A stretch of 63,804 nucleotides of DNA, the filler included, from Candidatus Rokuibacteriota bacterium (GTDB lineage: Bacteria > JAUVQV01 > DATDCY01): assembly GCA_031406795.1 (NCBI GenBank). It is 5 parts of 5 records of this genome, joined end to end, with 100 filler letters (N's around TTAATTAATTAA, not from the genome) between each part and the next. Parts side by side here need not be neighbours in the genome. Positions count along the whole stretch, not along the records: positions 1 to 14,939 come from JANOHV010000080.1; 4 more parts are not named here. One strand, 5' to 3'. The position numbers and the translations under genes are program-made. Below, one piece after another: positions 1 through 13,082 of the stretch. Each line of letters begins with the position of its first letter. Position 1 is the stretch's first letter. The notes under the pieces are model-generated. The model ran no database searches. It had not been told where the DNA came from and saw only the letters and a list, made by a program, of their open reading frames with translations.

Positions 1-1
1 C

Positions 2-1234
2 TTCTACATCTCCACGAGGGATGAGTTGGGCGAGGTGCTCAGTTCGCGCGACCACTTCCGCGACAACCTTCAGACGGCGCTGCTGAGCCTCATGGGCTCG
101 GTCCCCGTAGCGCGCGGCGCGCTGCTGCTGCGCGACCGCGCGAGCGGCGACCTGGTGGTGGCGGCCGCGCGCGGCACCGCGGCGCGCCCGGGGTTGCGGA
201 TCCCCCTGCCCGCGGAGCCGGCCCGGGCCCTGCTGCGCCGGCGCCGCCCGCTGAGCGTGAACGCGCACGTCCCCGGCCTGATGGCCTGGTTGCGCCGGAC
301 GACCGTGCTGGGCGAGATGGGGGCCGAACTGCTCGCGCCCCTGCGCTTCAAGGAGGAGCTGGTCGGTATTGTCGTCCTCGGGCTCAAGTACACCGGGGAG
401 ACGTACACCCCGGGCGATCTCGAATTGATCATGGTCATGGCCAACTTCATCGCGCTGGGCGTGCACAACCAGGAATTGTTCCGGAACCTCGAAACCGCGA
501 ACACCGCGCTGCGGCGCAAAGTCACCGAGAACCGGCGGCTCTACCGGAATCTGGAGTCGATCTACGGCGACACGGTGCGCGCCCTGGGAGCCGCCATCGA
601 CGCCAAAGACCCCTATACGCGCGGCCACTCGGACCGCGTCGCGCGGATCGCCGTCGCGATCGGCCGGGCCCTCGGCCTGCCGGAGCGCGAGATCAACGCC
701 CTGCGGATCGCCAGTCACCTCCACGACATCGGCAAGATCGCCGTCGACAACAGCATCCTGCTCAAGATCGGCCGTCTCGACGAGCAGGAGATGACGCAGA
801 TCCACCGCCATCCAATGGTCTCCTACGACATCCTCTCGAACATCGCTTTCCCCTACCCGGACGTGGCTCTGATCGCGCGTCACCACCACGAATGGGTCGA
901 CGGCTCCGGTTATCCCGACCGGCTGGGGGTCAAAGAGCTGCTCCCGGGGATGAAGATCATCTGTCTGGCGGACTCCTTCGACGCGATGACCTCGGACCGG
1001 CCCTACCGCCCCGCCTTGAAGCTGAAAGAGGCCGTGGCCCGGATTCGCGAGGGCGTGCGCGTCCAGTTCGACCCGCGGGTGACGCGCGCCTTCCTCGAGG
1101 TGCTGCGCGGGGAGCTGCGCGAGGAGATGCCGCCGCCACAGATTCTCTGCGGGCTCGACCGGCGCTTCTCCACCAGCGCCATGGTCGGGAGCATCGAGCG
1201 GTTTCTCGGCGAACTCGGACCGGCCCACCGGTGA
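2..1234 (+). CDS. GAF + HD-GYP domain protein (c-di-GMP phosphodiesterase type), 5'-partial
   Basis: GAF-like N-terminal region; DAKDPYTRGHS, HDIGK, HHEWVDGSGYP and DSFDAMTSDRPYR motifs; frame open back to the window start. Confidence 0.9.
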   Translation, partial: FYISTRDELGEVLSSRDHFRDNLQTALLSLMGSVPVARGALLLRDRASGDLVVAAARGTAARPGLRIPLPAEPARALLRRRRPLSVNAHVPGLMAWLRRTTVLGEMGAELLAPLRFKEELVGIVVLGLKYTGETYTPGDLELIMVMANFIALGVHNQELFRNLETANTALRRKVTENRRLYRNLESIYGDTVRALGAAIDAKDPYTRGHSDRVARIAVAIGRALGLPEREINALRIASHLHDIGKIAVDNSILLKIGRLDEQEMTQIHRHPMVSYDILSNIAFPYPDVALIARHHHEWVDGSGYPDRLGVKELLPGMKIICLADSFDAMTSDRPYRPALKLKEAVARIREGVRVQFDPRVTRAFLEVLRGELREEMPPPQILCGLDRRFSTSAMVGSIERFLGELGPAHR

Positions 1235-1253
1235 GCCGCGGATGGTGATCTCC

Positions 1254-1282
1254 TTGACAACCCGGCTCAACTTCTCTAGTCT
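1254..1282 (+). promoter_or_regulatory. sigma70-type promoter of hrcA-grpE-dnaK
   Basis: TTGACA-17 nt-TAGTCT, followed by a GGGAGG SD before ATG 1310. Confidence 0.65.
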
Positions 1283-1309
1283 TTCCAAAGCGTTGGGAGG
1301 CAGATCACG

Positions 1310-2356
1310 ATGACCCGCAGTCACGGCGACCAGCTGACCGCCCGGGAGCGCACCGTGCTCTCTCTGACGGTTCTGCACCACATCCGCACGGGCGAACCGG
1401 TCGGATCCCGCTCGCTCGCGCGGCGGCTCGACCTCGACGTCAGCCCGGCGACCATTCGCAACACGATGGCCGACCTCGAGGAGAAGGGGTATCTGCGCCA
1501 GACGCACGTCTCATCGGGGCGCGTCCCGACCGACCTCGGATACCGTTTCTACGTCGACGAAGTGGTCGGGGTGCAGGCCGTTCAGACGGACGGCCTGGAG
1601 GAGATTCGCGAGCGGCTTGGTCGTCGTCTGCAGATCCCCGAACTCATCCGCGAGGCCTCCCGCACGCTCTCGGCCGCCTCGCGCCAGGTGGGTCTCGTGC
1701 GCGGGCCGCAGTTGCTCAACTCGCGCTTCGAGCACCTCGAGCTGCGCCGGGTCGGCCCCCATCGGGTGCTCGCCATCTTCGTCACCTCCAGCCGGCTCGT
1801 CCAGACCCGCCTGCTCGAATTGAAGGAGGACTGGCCGCAGCAGGAACTCGACGCGATGTCCCGCATCTGGAACGAGCGCTTCTCCAGTCTGACGCTGAGC
1901 GAGGTGCGCGCCCGGCTGCTCGCCGTCATGTCCGAGGAGAAGGCGGTTTTCGACACGCTCGTCGATCGCGCGCTCGAGATGGGCCGGCAGGCGCTCGCCG
2001 GGGAGGACGCCGAGGGGGAACTGCATCTCGACGGGGCGGCGAACATCCTGGACGTCCCGGAGTTCGCCGACCCGGGGAAGATCCGTGCGCTGGTGCGGGC
2101 CATCGAGGAGAAGGGCCGGCTCTGCCGTCTGCTCGACCAGTGCCTGTGCACCGACCGCGTCAGTATCTTCATCGGCGGGGAACTGCCGCTGCCGGAGTTC
2201 AGCGGGCTGAGCCTCGTGACCGCCCCCTACCGCCGCGAGGGGCAGGTTGTCGGTGTCCTCGGGGTCATCGGCCCGACGCGCATGGCCTACGAGCGGATCA
2301 TCCCGATCGTGGCCTGCGCCGCCGACAGTCTGAGTCTGAGCCTGAGCCTGGAGTGA
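1310..2356 (+). CDS. hrcA: heat-inducible transcription repressor HrcA
   Basis: EPVGS, SPATIRNTMADLEEKGYL, SSGRVPTDLGYRFYVD, GVIGPTRMAY motifs. Confidence 0.96.
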   Translation: MTRSHGDQLTARERTVLSLTVLHHIRTGEPVGSRSLARRLDLDVSPATIRNTMADLEEKGYLRQTHVSSGRVPTDLGYRFYVDEVVGVQAVQTDGLEEIRERLGRRLQIPELIREASRTLSAASRQVGLVRGPQLLNSRFEHLELRRVGPHRVLAIFVTSSRLVQTRLLELKEDWPQQELDAMSRIWNERFSSLTLSEVRARLLAVMSEEKAVFDTLVDRALEMGRQALAGEDAEGELHLDGAANILDVPEFADPGKIRALVRAIEEKGRLCRLLDQCLCTDRVSIFIGGELPLPEFSGLSLVTAPYRREGQVVGVLGVIGPTRMAYERIIPIVACAADSLSLSLSLE

Positions 2357-2416
2357 ACCCGCAGCGGCCGGGCGGGCGGTTGGTGACACCGCCACCCGGT
2401 CGGGGAGAAGCCGACC

Positions 2417-3009
2417 ATGACCCGCAAGCATGACAAACCGGTGCCGACCAGCAGTCTTCCCGAGCCGGAACCGACCGGCGACAACAGCGGTGCGTCTCCG
2501 GACGCGTCGACCGACGGTGATCCCATCCAGAGCGAGGCCGACCGCTTGCGGGCGGAGATCGCCGCGATGCAGGAGCGGTACCTCCGGCTGCAGGCGGAGT
2601 TCGAGAACTTCCGCAAGCGTCAGCAGCGTGAGCGCGAGGAGCTCAACCGCCAGGCCAAGGAGCGCGTGCTGGGGGAACTGCCGGGCATCGTCGACAACCT
2701 CGAACGCGCGCTTCAGCACGCGGGCGCGGCCGGCGCGGCCCCGGAGACTCTCGCCCAGGGGGTCGAACTCGTCTGCAAACAGCTGCAGGAGGTTCTGACC
2801 CGCTTCGGTGCGGAGCCGATCGCCGCGCTCGGCTCGGTGTTCGACCCACGGCTGCATGAGGCCATGGCCCGCGTCGAAACCACCGGAAATCCTCCCGACG
2901 GGACGGTGGTCGAGGAATACCGGCGCGGCTACCTCCTCGACGGCAAGGTGCTCCGACCGGCCCTGGTGGCCGTCGCCAAGCTGGCTGAGGAGCCGGAGGG
3001 GCCGGATTC

Positions 3010-3013
<4 letters not shown>
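2417..3013 (+). CDS. grpE: nucleotide exchange factor GrpE
   Basis: [37 protein letters not shown]; lies between hrcA and dnaK. Confidence 0.96.
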
Positions 3014-4867
<1,854 letters not shown>

Positions 4868-4887
<20 letters not shown>

Positions 4888-5635
4888 GGGGGCGCTCTTC
4901 GCCGCCGGTCTCGGCCTGCTTCTGCTCCTGCCGGCCTGCGGGAAGAAGGCGCCGCTGCGGCTGAGCGACGACCGCGCCGCCGAGCGAGCGCCGGCACTGC
5001 AGGCGCGGGTTCAGGAGGGCCGGGTGACGCTTGGTTTTCGGGTCCCCGCGCACCGCTTCTTCCCCGAGCGCGAGGCGCCCTGGGTTCTCGCGCGCATCCT
5101 GCGCCAGGGGGCCCCGGCGTCGGAGCAGGTCGAAGTCGGGGCCATTCTCCAGAGGGAGGGATTCGCCTTCGACGCGCCCCTGACCTGGAGCGACCAGGCA
5201 CTGCCGTCGAAAAGCTCCTTCATCTACCGCGTGGAGTTTCGGGACGCCTTGCGCCGCCGGCGCGCGCTCTCCGAACCGTTGACGGTTTCCTGGAGCGAGA
5301 TACCCGGGGCCCCGTCGCAACTGACAGCCACCGGCCACCTCCGATCGGTCATTCTGACCTGGACGCCGTCGCCGGGCGCCGGTTCCGGGGTCAAGTACCG
5401 GGTCTATCGGCGGGAGGCGGCGCAGCCGCTGGCCGAGCCGGTCTCGCCCGCCCCGGTCGTTGAGAGCACGTATGTCGATTCGCGGATCGAGTCCGGCCGC
5501 GAGTACTGCTACGTCGTCCGCGCCGTGATCGCCGCCAAGGCCCTCGAGGTCGAAGGCCCGGCCAGCCCCGAGAGTTGCTCGCGTCCGGAGGCCGCGGAGC
5601 TACCGCCCGCGCAACCGCCGGGGGGCAGGCCCTGA
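4868..5635 (+). CDS. lipoprotein with fibronectin type III-like domain
   Basis: Lipobox LPAC after a hydrophobic stretch; FN3-like pattern (VILTW...YRVYRR...YVD...YCYVVRAV); overlaps the dnaK end. Confidence 0.7.
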
Positions 5636-5645
5636 GGCCGTTCGC

Positions 5646-5960
5646 TCAGGCCTCGTTCCCCGTCTTGCTCTTCTCCCGCTGGTAGGCCTCTTTGCCGGCC
5701 TCCACGGCCGACTGGATCAGCGAGCGTTTCTCGTCCAGAAAATCCCGGCCGCGTCCGACGGTCGAGGAAACCGTGTCCTTGGCCTGATCGAGGTAGTCGG
5801 AGGCGCGCTCCTTCATGTCCTGCCCGAACTCGCGGATGCGGTCTGCCGACTCTTTGCGCGCTTGCGGGGCGAGCAGCAGCACGGCGGCGGCCCCGGCGAC
5901 GGTCCCGAGTAAAAAGGAGATGACGACGGTGTGACCGCTGTAGCCTTCTTCGCTCTTCAT
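5646..5960 (-). CDS. YtxH-domain protein
   Basis: FLLGTVAGAAAVLLLAPQ N-terminus followed by an amphipathic helix. Confidence 0.8.
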   Translation of the reverse strand: MKSEEGYSGHTVVISFLLGTVAGAAAVLLLAPQARKESADRIREFGQDMKERASDYLDQAKDTVSSTVGRGRDFLDEKRSLIQSAVEAGKEAYQREKSKTGNEA

Positions 5961-6358
5961 GGGGTTCCTCCCTTTTTCAAGATGTTTCTTGCCAGGTACG
6001 CCACGCTGGCGCCTACCCCGGCACGCAGTCCCGCGATCTTCGCCCCGACACCGCCCCCCAGCACACCGATCAGGCCGCTGAGTTCCCGGACGTCGTTGCC
6101 GACCTGACGGATCGAACCGGAGAACACCCGGACATTGTCGGTGACCGTGCTGATGTCGGTCGTGATGCGGTCGAGGTTTTCCAGAGTCGCCCGCAGTTCG
6201 CTCAGGGTCTGCGGCAACGACTCCTCGGTGATCTTGAGGATGGAGTTCATGGTGCGGACTGCGCGGCGCAACTCCAGGAGCACGGGGATCAGGAAGAGAA
6301 TCCCCGCGATGACGGCGACTGCAAGAACAGTTACGAGTGTAGCGGCTGTCGGTGTCAT
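5957..6358 (-). CDS. DUF948 (YoxC/YtxG-like) membrane protein
   Basis: N-terminal TM plus coiled coil; typical partner gene of YtxH; AGAGGA SD. Confidence 0.75.
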   Translation of the reverse strand: MTPTAATLVTVLAVAVIAGILFLIPVLLELRRAVRTMNSILKITEESLPQTLSELRATLENLDRITTDISTVTDNVRVFSGSIRQVGNDVRELSGLIGVLGGGVGAKIAGLRAGVGASVAYLARNILKKGGTP

Positions 6359-6383
6359 GGTTTATATCCTCTTCTCATGATGA

Positions 6384-6412
6384 TTTGTAGCACCCGGCGC
6401 CGGGGGTGTCAA
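6384..6412 (-). promoter_or_regulatory. sigma70-type promoter of the DUF948-ytxH pair
   Basis: TTGACA-17 nt-TACAAA on the minus strand. Confidence 0.6.
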
Positions 6413-7506
6413 CAGGAAGCGCCGTCCGGCGGTTTGCCGCCGGGTTGTGGCGTCAGGGCGGCGACCACGCAGCGGTTCCGCCCCTCGGCTTTCGCCTGGT
6501 AAAGCGCCCGGTCGGCGGCCGCCACGAGATCGTCGCTGTGCCCGGCGGGGCAGTCCGGCCACACGGCGACGCCGATGCTGACCGTCATGCCGACCTCCCG
6601 CGGAGAGCCGGCGCCGTCGGCGACGTTCACCCGCGCCGCGCCGACGCGTTGCCGGAGTCGCTCCGCGACCAGCAGGGCCTCGGCCGGGGCGGTCTCGGGG
6701 AGAAAGCAGATGAATTCCTCGCCGCCGTAGCGTCCGGCGCAGTCGTAGCTGCGGATGCCGCCGAGCAATGCGGCCCCGACGGCCCGGAGCGCCTCGTCCC
6801 CGACCTGGTGGCCGTAGTTGTCGTTGAAGGTCTTGAAGTGGTCGATGTCGAGCATGAGCAGCGCCAGCGAACTGCCGAAGCGCCGGGAGCGGTGGAACTC
6901 GATCTCCAGGCGCGAGAAGAACGAGCGTCGGTTCGGCAGGCCGGTCAAGCCGTCCTGGTTGGCGAGCCGCTCCAGTTCGAGGTTGGCGCGCTCGAGCGCG
7001 GAAGCCTTGCGCTGCAGTTCCTCCTGGAGTTCCTTCATCTTGAGCATCACCGTGACGCGCGCCAGGAGTTCCGCGCGTTCGAAGGGCTTCGTCACGTAAT
7101 CGTTCGCGCCGAGCGTCAGACCGCGCACTTTGTCGACGGACTCGCCGAGCGCCGAGAGCATGATCACCATGACGTCGCGCAGCCGCGGGTTGTTGCGCAC
7201 CGCGGAGAGGAATTTGAAGCCGTCGAGCCGCGGCATGTTGATGTCGGTGAGGATCAGGTCCACCGGGGTGCGCGCCAACAGCGCCAGGGCGTCGATGCCG
7301 TCCACCGCTTCGACGATCTCCCCGATGGCGGGCAGGTGCAGCAGCGCCTCGCGCAACGCGACGCGCACGGCGTTCGAGTCGTCGACGATGAGGATGCGTC
7401 TCGCCGGCGGCTCGCAGGTCTCCGCGCAACTGAACCCCGCCGGCTGCGCGTCCGGGCAGGGTGGGGCGCCACTTTGCTCCGGCACCGGGTCCGCCGCCTT
7501 CTCCAT
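6409..7506 (-). CDS. response regulator diguanylate cyclase (REC + GGEEF)
   Basis: ILIVDD, TDINMP, DYVTKPF; DGLTGLPNRR, DIDHFK, RSYD I-site, RYGGEEF. Confidence 0.93.
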   Translation of the reverse strand: MEKAADPVPEQSGAPPCPDAQPAGFSCAETCEPPARRILIVDDSNAVRVALREALLHLPAIGEIVEAVDGIDALALLARTPVDLILTDINMPRLDGFKFLSAVRNNPRLRDVMVIMLSALGESVDKVRGLTLGANDYVTKPFERAELLARVTVMLKMKELQEELQRKASALERANLELERLANQDGLTGLPNRRSFFSRLEIEFHRSRRFGSSLALLMLDIDHFKTFNDNYGHQVGDEALRAVGAALLGGIRSYDCAGRYGGEEFICFLPETAPAEALLVAERLRQRVGAARVNVADGAGSPREVGMTVSIGVAVWPDCPAGHSDDLVAAADRALYQAKAEGRNRCVVAALTPQPGGKPPDGASC

Positions 7507-7548
7507 GGGTGCATCATCGTGCCCCGTGCGGCGCAGGTCAAGAAAAAC

Positions 7549-9130
<1,582 letters not shown>

Positions 9131-9134
<4 letters not shown>

Positions 9135-10447
9135 GCGCCGTCGGGCGGTTGCTGATTCGCGGCGGCCGGGTCATCGATCCGGCTGCGGGGCGGGATGGCG
9201 TGGCCGATCTGCTCGTCGTCGACGGCGCCGTTGCGGCAATCGGGCCGGAGGCGGCGGCCCGCGGCGGCGATTGCGCGGTGATCGAGGCGGCCGGGCTCTG
9301 GGTGCTCCCCGGACTGATCGACATGCACGTCCATCTGCGCGAACCGGGCTACGAATACAAGGAGACCGTCCTCACCGGTTCCCGCGCCGCCGCGGCCGGC
9401 GGGTTCACGGCGGTCGCCTGCATGCCGAACACCGACCCGCCCAACGACAGCGCCGCCGTGACGCGGGCGATCCTGCGCAAGGCGGAAGAGGCCGCTCTGG
9501 TGCGCGTCTATCCGATCGGGTGCATCACCGCCGGGCAGCAGGGCCAGCGCATGGCTGAATTCGGCGACCTCGTTGCGGCCGGCTGCCGCGCCGTTTCCGA
9601 CGACGGGCGCCCGGTGATGCACGCCGGCGTGATGCGCCGCGCGCTCGAGTACAGCCGCTACTTCGACATACCGGTCATCTCCCACTGCGAAGATCTGCAC
9701 CTCGCCGGCGACGGGGTGGCCCACGAAGGGGCGGTGGCCACCCGCCTCGGCCTCAAGCCGATCCCGGCGGCCGCCGAAGAGGCCATGGTCGCCCGCGAGG
9801 TGGTGCTCGCCCGCCAGACCGGCGCGCGGGTGCACATCGCGCACGTCTCGACGCGCGGGTCGGTGCTGTTGCTGGCTGCCGCGAAGGCCGAGGGGCTGGC
9901 GGTGACCGCGGAGGCCACGCCGCACCACCTCTCCCTCACGGACGAAGCGATCGGCGGCTTCGACACTTCGACCAAGGTCAACCCGCCGCTGCGCTCGCCG
10001 GAGGATCGCGACGCCCTGCGCCGCGCGCTCGCCGAGGGGATCATCGACGTCGTCGCGACCGACCACGCGCCGCACGGCCTTGCCGATAAGGACCTGGAGT
10101 TCGACCTGGCGGCCAACGGCATCGTCGGCCTCGAAACGGCCCTGCCGCTCGTGCTGCGGCTCGTCGCCGAGGGCGCCTGCTCGCTGCATCGGGCGATCGA
10201 CGCGCTCACCTGGAGACCGGCCCGGATCCTCGGCGTGCCCGGCGGGAGGCTCGCGGTCGGGGACCCTGCGGACATCACGCTCGTCGACCCGGAGGTGACC
10301 TGGACGGTCGAACCGGAAGCCTTCTTCAGCAAGGGACGCAACAGCCCTTTCCGCGGCTGGGCGCTCAAGGGGCGCGTGCGCGCCACGATTGTCGGCGGCC
10401 GGACCATCTTCCGCGATGGGGTCATCGTCGGCGAGGAGCGCCGGTGA
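9131..10447 (+). CDS. pyrC: dihydroorotase
   Basis: [32 protein letters not shown] start overlaps the pyrB stop. Confidence 0.95.
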
Positions 10448-10481
10448 GGCCGCTTCACGGAACCCGCGCCCGGCGAACTCC

Positions 10482-11267
10482 ATGCTGCTGAAGATTCGCG
10501 CCGCGCGTCGGCTGACCGAGGATTTTCAACTCCTCGAAGTCGACTGGCCCGCCGGCCTGCCCGAGCCGCTGCCCGGCCAGTTCGTCATGGTCCGCACCCG
10601 CGAAGGGACCGACCCGCTCTGGCGCCGGCCCCTGGGTGTGCACGACTTCCGGCGCGTCAGGGGCGCCGGGGTGCTCTCGCTGCTCTTCCAGATCGTCGGG
10701 CCGACCACGCACGATCTCGCGGGGCTCGCTCCCGGGGCGCCGCTCGATCTCCTCGGCCCGCACGGACGCGGGTTCAAAATCGACGCCGCAGAGATCTGGC
10801 TGGTTTCCGGAGGCCGTGGAGTCGCCCCGCTCTTCTACGTGGCGCGCCTGCTGCGCCGTACGGGCGTGCCCTGCCGTGCGTTCCTCGGGGGGCGCAGTGC
10901 CGGTCACATCCTGCGGGAGCGCGACTTGGTGCGCTTCGGCTGCCGGGTCGAGGTGGCCACCGACGACGGGAGCCGGGGGCGCCGGGGGCTGGTCACCGAG
11001 CCGCTCGAGCACGCGCTCTCCCGGCTCTCCGCGCGCCGGCGCGCGGCCGTGATGCTTCTGGCCTGTGGACCGCACGGGATGCTCAAAGCCGTGGCGGGAA
11101 TCGTCGCCGTGCACGGTGTTGCGGCGCAGGTCTCGGTCGACCCGTTGATGGCCTGCGGTCGCGGGCTCTGTCTCGGGTGCACCGTGGCCGCGCCGGGCGG
11201 CTACCGGCTGGCCTGCCAGCACGGGCCGGTCTTCAACGTCCGGGACCTGGACTGGGACGCCAGATGA
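10482..11267 (+). CDS. pyrK: dihydroorotate dehydrogenase electron transfer subunit
   Basis: PGQFVM, RRPLGV, ACGP, MACGRGLCLGC...C 2Fe-2S motif. Confidence 0.9.
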   Translation: MLLKIRAARRLTEDFQLLEVDWPAGLPEPLPGQFVMVRTREGTDPLWRRPLGVHDFRRVRGAGVLSLLFQIVGPTTHDLAGLAPGAPLDLLGPHGRGFKIDAAEIWLVSGGRGVAPLFYVARLLRRTGVPCRAFLGGRSAGHILRERDLVRFGCRVEVATDDGSRGRRGLVTEPLEHALSRLSARRRAAVMLLACGPHGMLKAVAGIVAVHGVAAQVSVDPLMACGRGLCLGCTVAAPGGYRLACQHGPVFNVRDLDWDAR

Positions 11268-12178
11268 CGCCGGATCTCAAGGTCAGGATCGGCGCCCTCG
11301 AACTGCCGAATCCGGTGCTGCTCGCCTCCGGAACCTGCGGGTACGGGCTGGAGATGATGCCGCACGGCAACATCGCCGGACTCGGCGCCGTGGTCGTCAA
11401 GGGGCTCTCGCTGCTGCCCTCCAAGGGCAACCCGCCGCCGCGCATCGTCGAGACGCCCTCCGGCATGCTCAACTCCATCGGGCTGGAGAACATCGGGCTG
11501 GAGGCCTTCCTGGCCGACAAACTGCCGAAGCTCAGGCACCTCGGCGCGCGGGTGATCGTCAATTTCTACGGCGGCTGCCGGGACGATTACCGGGAGTTGG
11601 CCGCGCGTCTCGACGGCGTCGAAGGGATCCACGCTCTGGAGATGAACATCTCCTGCCCGAATGTCGAGCGCGGTGGCGTGCTGATCGGCCAGGAACCGGA
11701 GGAGGTGCACAAGGCCGTTGCCGCCGTGCGCGGCGCGACGCGCCTGCCGCTGCTGGTCAAGCTGACGCCGAACGTCACCGACATCCGGCTGACCGCGCGC
11801 GCCGCCGCCGAAGCCGGAGCGGACGGTCTGACGCTGATCAACACGCTGCAGGGGATGGCCGTCGACGTCGAAACCCGTCGGCCGTCGCTCGCGCGCATCG
11901 TCGGCGGCCTCTCGGGGCCGGCCATCCGGCCGGTGGCGGTGCGCATGGTCTGGCAGGTGCGCCAGGCGATCGCGCTGCCGATCATCGGTTGCGGCGGCAT
12001 CTGGACGGCGCGCGACGCCCTGGAGTTCCTGATCGCGGGGGCGACGGCGGTGCAATTGGGGACGGTGAACTTCACGCACCCCGACCGCTGGATCGACGTG
12101 CTCGCGGGCATCGAGGCCTACCTCGATCGCCACAAATTCGAGCACGTCACCGACCTGATCGGCTCGCTGGAGAGTTAG
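11264..12178 (+). CDS. pyrD: dihydroorotate dehydrogenase, class 1B
   Basis: NPVLLASGT, GNPPPRI, NISCPN, KLTPN, GGLSGPAIRP. Confidence 0.95.
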   Translation: MTPDLKVRIGALELPNPVLLASGTCGYGLEMMPHGNIAGLGAVVVKGLSLLPSKGNPPPRIVETPSGMLNSIGLENIGLEAFLADKLPKLRHLGARVIVNFYGGCRDDYRELAARLDGVEGIHALEMNISCPNVERGGVLIGQEPEEVHKAVAAVRGATRLPLLVKLTPNVTDIRLTARAAAEAGADGLTLINTLQGMAVDVETRRPSLARIVGGLSGPAIRPVAVRMVWQVRQAIALPIIGCGGIWTARDALEFLIAGATAVQLGTVNFTHPDRWIDVLAGIEAYLDRHKFEHVTDLIGSLES

Positions 12179-12341
12179 CCCGGGCCGCTCGGGAGGGCTT
12201 CTTTCGCCTTGGCGGCGGTGGTGTCCTTGCCCTCTGCGAGCGAAGCGAGCGCAGGGTATGCGGCGGGCACCAGCCCGCCTCCGCGCACACTTCGCCCCTG
12301 CCTTGCCAGGACGAAAAAATCCGCTCCCGATCGGCACGGGC
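12178..12341 (-). repeat. structured intergenic repeat, copy A (MITE-like)
   Basis: Imperfect ~35 bp terminal IR; core GCAAGGC..GAGGCG..CGCCGCA..CACCGCCGC; 12259-12281 is the exact reverse complement of 59905-59927. Confidence 0.75.
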
Positions 12342-12411
12342 AGCTTGTTTGCGGAAAGACCAGGAGCGTCCCGGAGGCCTTGTCTTCGCTGCGCGGGGCG
12401 GACCGAATCGA

Positions 12412-12541
12412 CCGCAGGCCGCTGAGAAGGGTCCAGATGCCAGGCGGGCGAGTCCTGAGGAATGAGGCGTACGAGCAGTACGCCGCAGTGACGAAGGGCG
12501 AAGCCCAACGCCGCAGGTGGGGCCTTCTCAGCGGCCTGCGG
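12412..12541 (+). repeat. structured intergenic repeat, copy B (MITE-like)
   Basis: Perfect 19 bp IR CCGCAGGCCGCTGAGAAGG; shares GGCGGGCGAGTCCTGAGGAATGAGGCGTACGA with copy C. Confidence 0.85.
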
Positions 12542-13082
12542 CCGGGCGGGTGCCGGCGCGGTTGAGTCCGCGCCAGAGATACTGCAGCCCCGAGGCGATC
12601 GTCAGCGTGGCGGTCAACACGATGACCACCTGCCAGGTGCGCTCCACGGGCGCGTCGAGCAGCAGCAGCAGCGTCAGCACGAGCGTCGCGAACTGGCCGA
12701 GCATCGCCGCTTTTCCCGTGAGCGACGGCGCGATCTCCAGCCGGCCGTCGTGCAGGTAGAGGATGAGCGCCCCAAGTGAGATCAGCACGTCGCGGCTGAT
12801 CACGACGATCACGAACCAGGCCGGAATGGGGCCGATCAGCGCCAGCGTGACGAATCCGCTCACCGAGAGCAGCTTGTCCGCGAGCGGGTCGAGAAAGCTG
12901 CCGATCGCCGTCTTCTGATCGAGCCAGCGCGCCAGCAGGCCGTCGAGTGCGTCCGAGAGTGCGGCGAGCAACAAGACGACGAGCGCGAGGCCCGGCCGGC
13001 GGTACACGAGAAACGTCAGGAACAGCGGCAGCAGCAGCAGCCGCAGCGCTGTCAGCAGATTCGGCAGGTTCACGGCAGTCAC
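12528..13082 (-). CDS. CDP-alcohol phosphatidyltransferase (PgsA-like)
   Basis: NLPNLLT, DALDGLLAR...GSFLDPLADK motif. Confidence 0.9.
   Translation of the reverse strand: MTAVNLPNLLTALRLLLLPLFLTFLVYRRPGLALVVLLLAALSDALDGLLARWLDQKTAIGSFLDPLADKLLSVSGFVTLALIGPIPAWFVIVVISRDVLISLGALILYLHDGRLEIAPSLTGKAAMLGQFATLVLTLLLLLDAPVERTWQVVIVLTATLTIASGLQYLWRGLNRAGTRPAAGR

Noticed and set aside
2327-2356. CTGAG(T/C) hexamer repeat at the hrcA end
   Set aside because: Short imperfect in-frame repeat encoding SLSLSL; no sign of phase variation.
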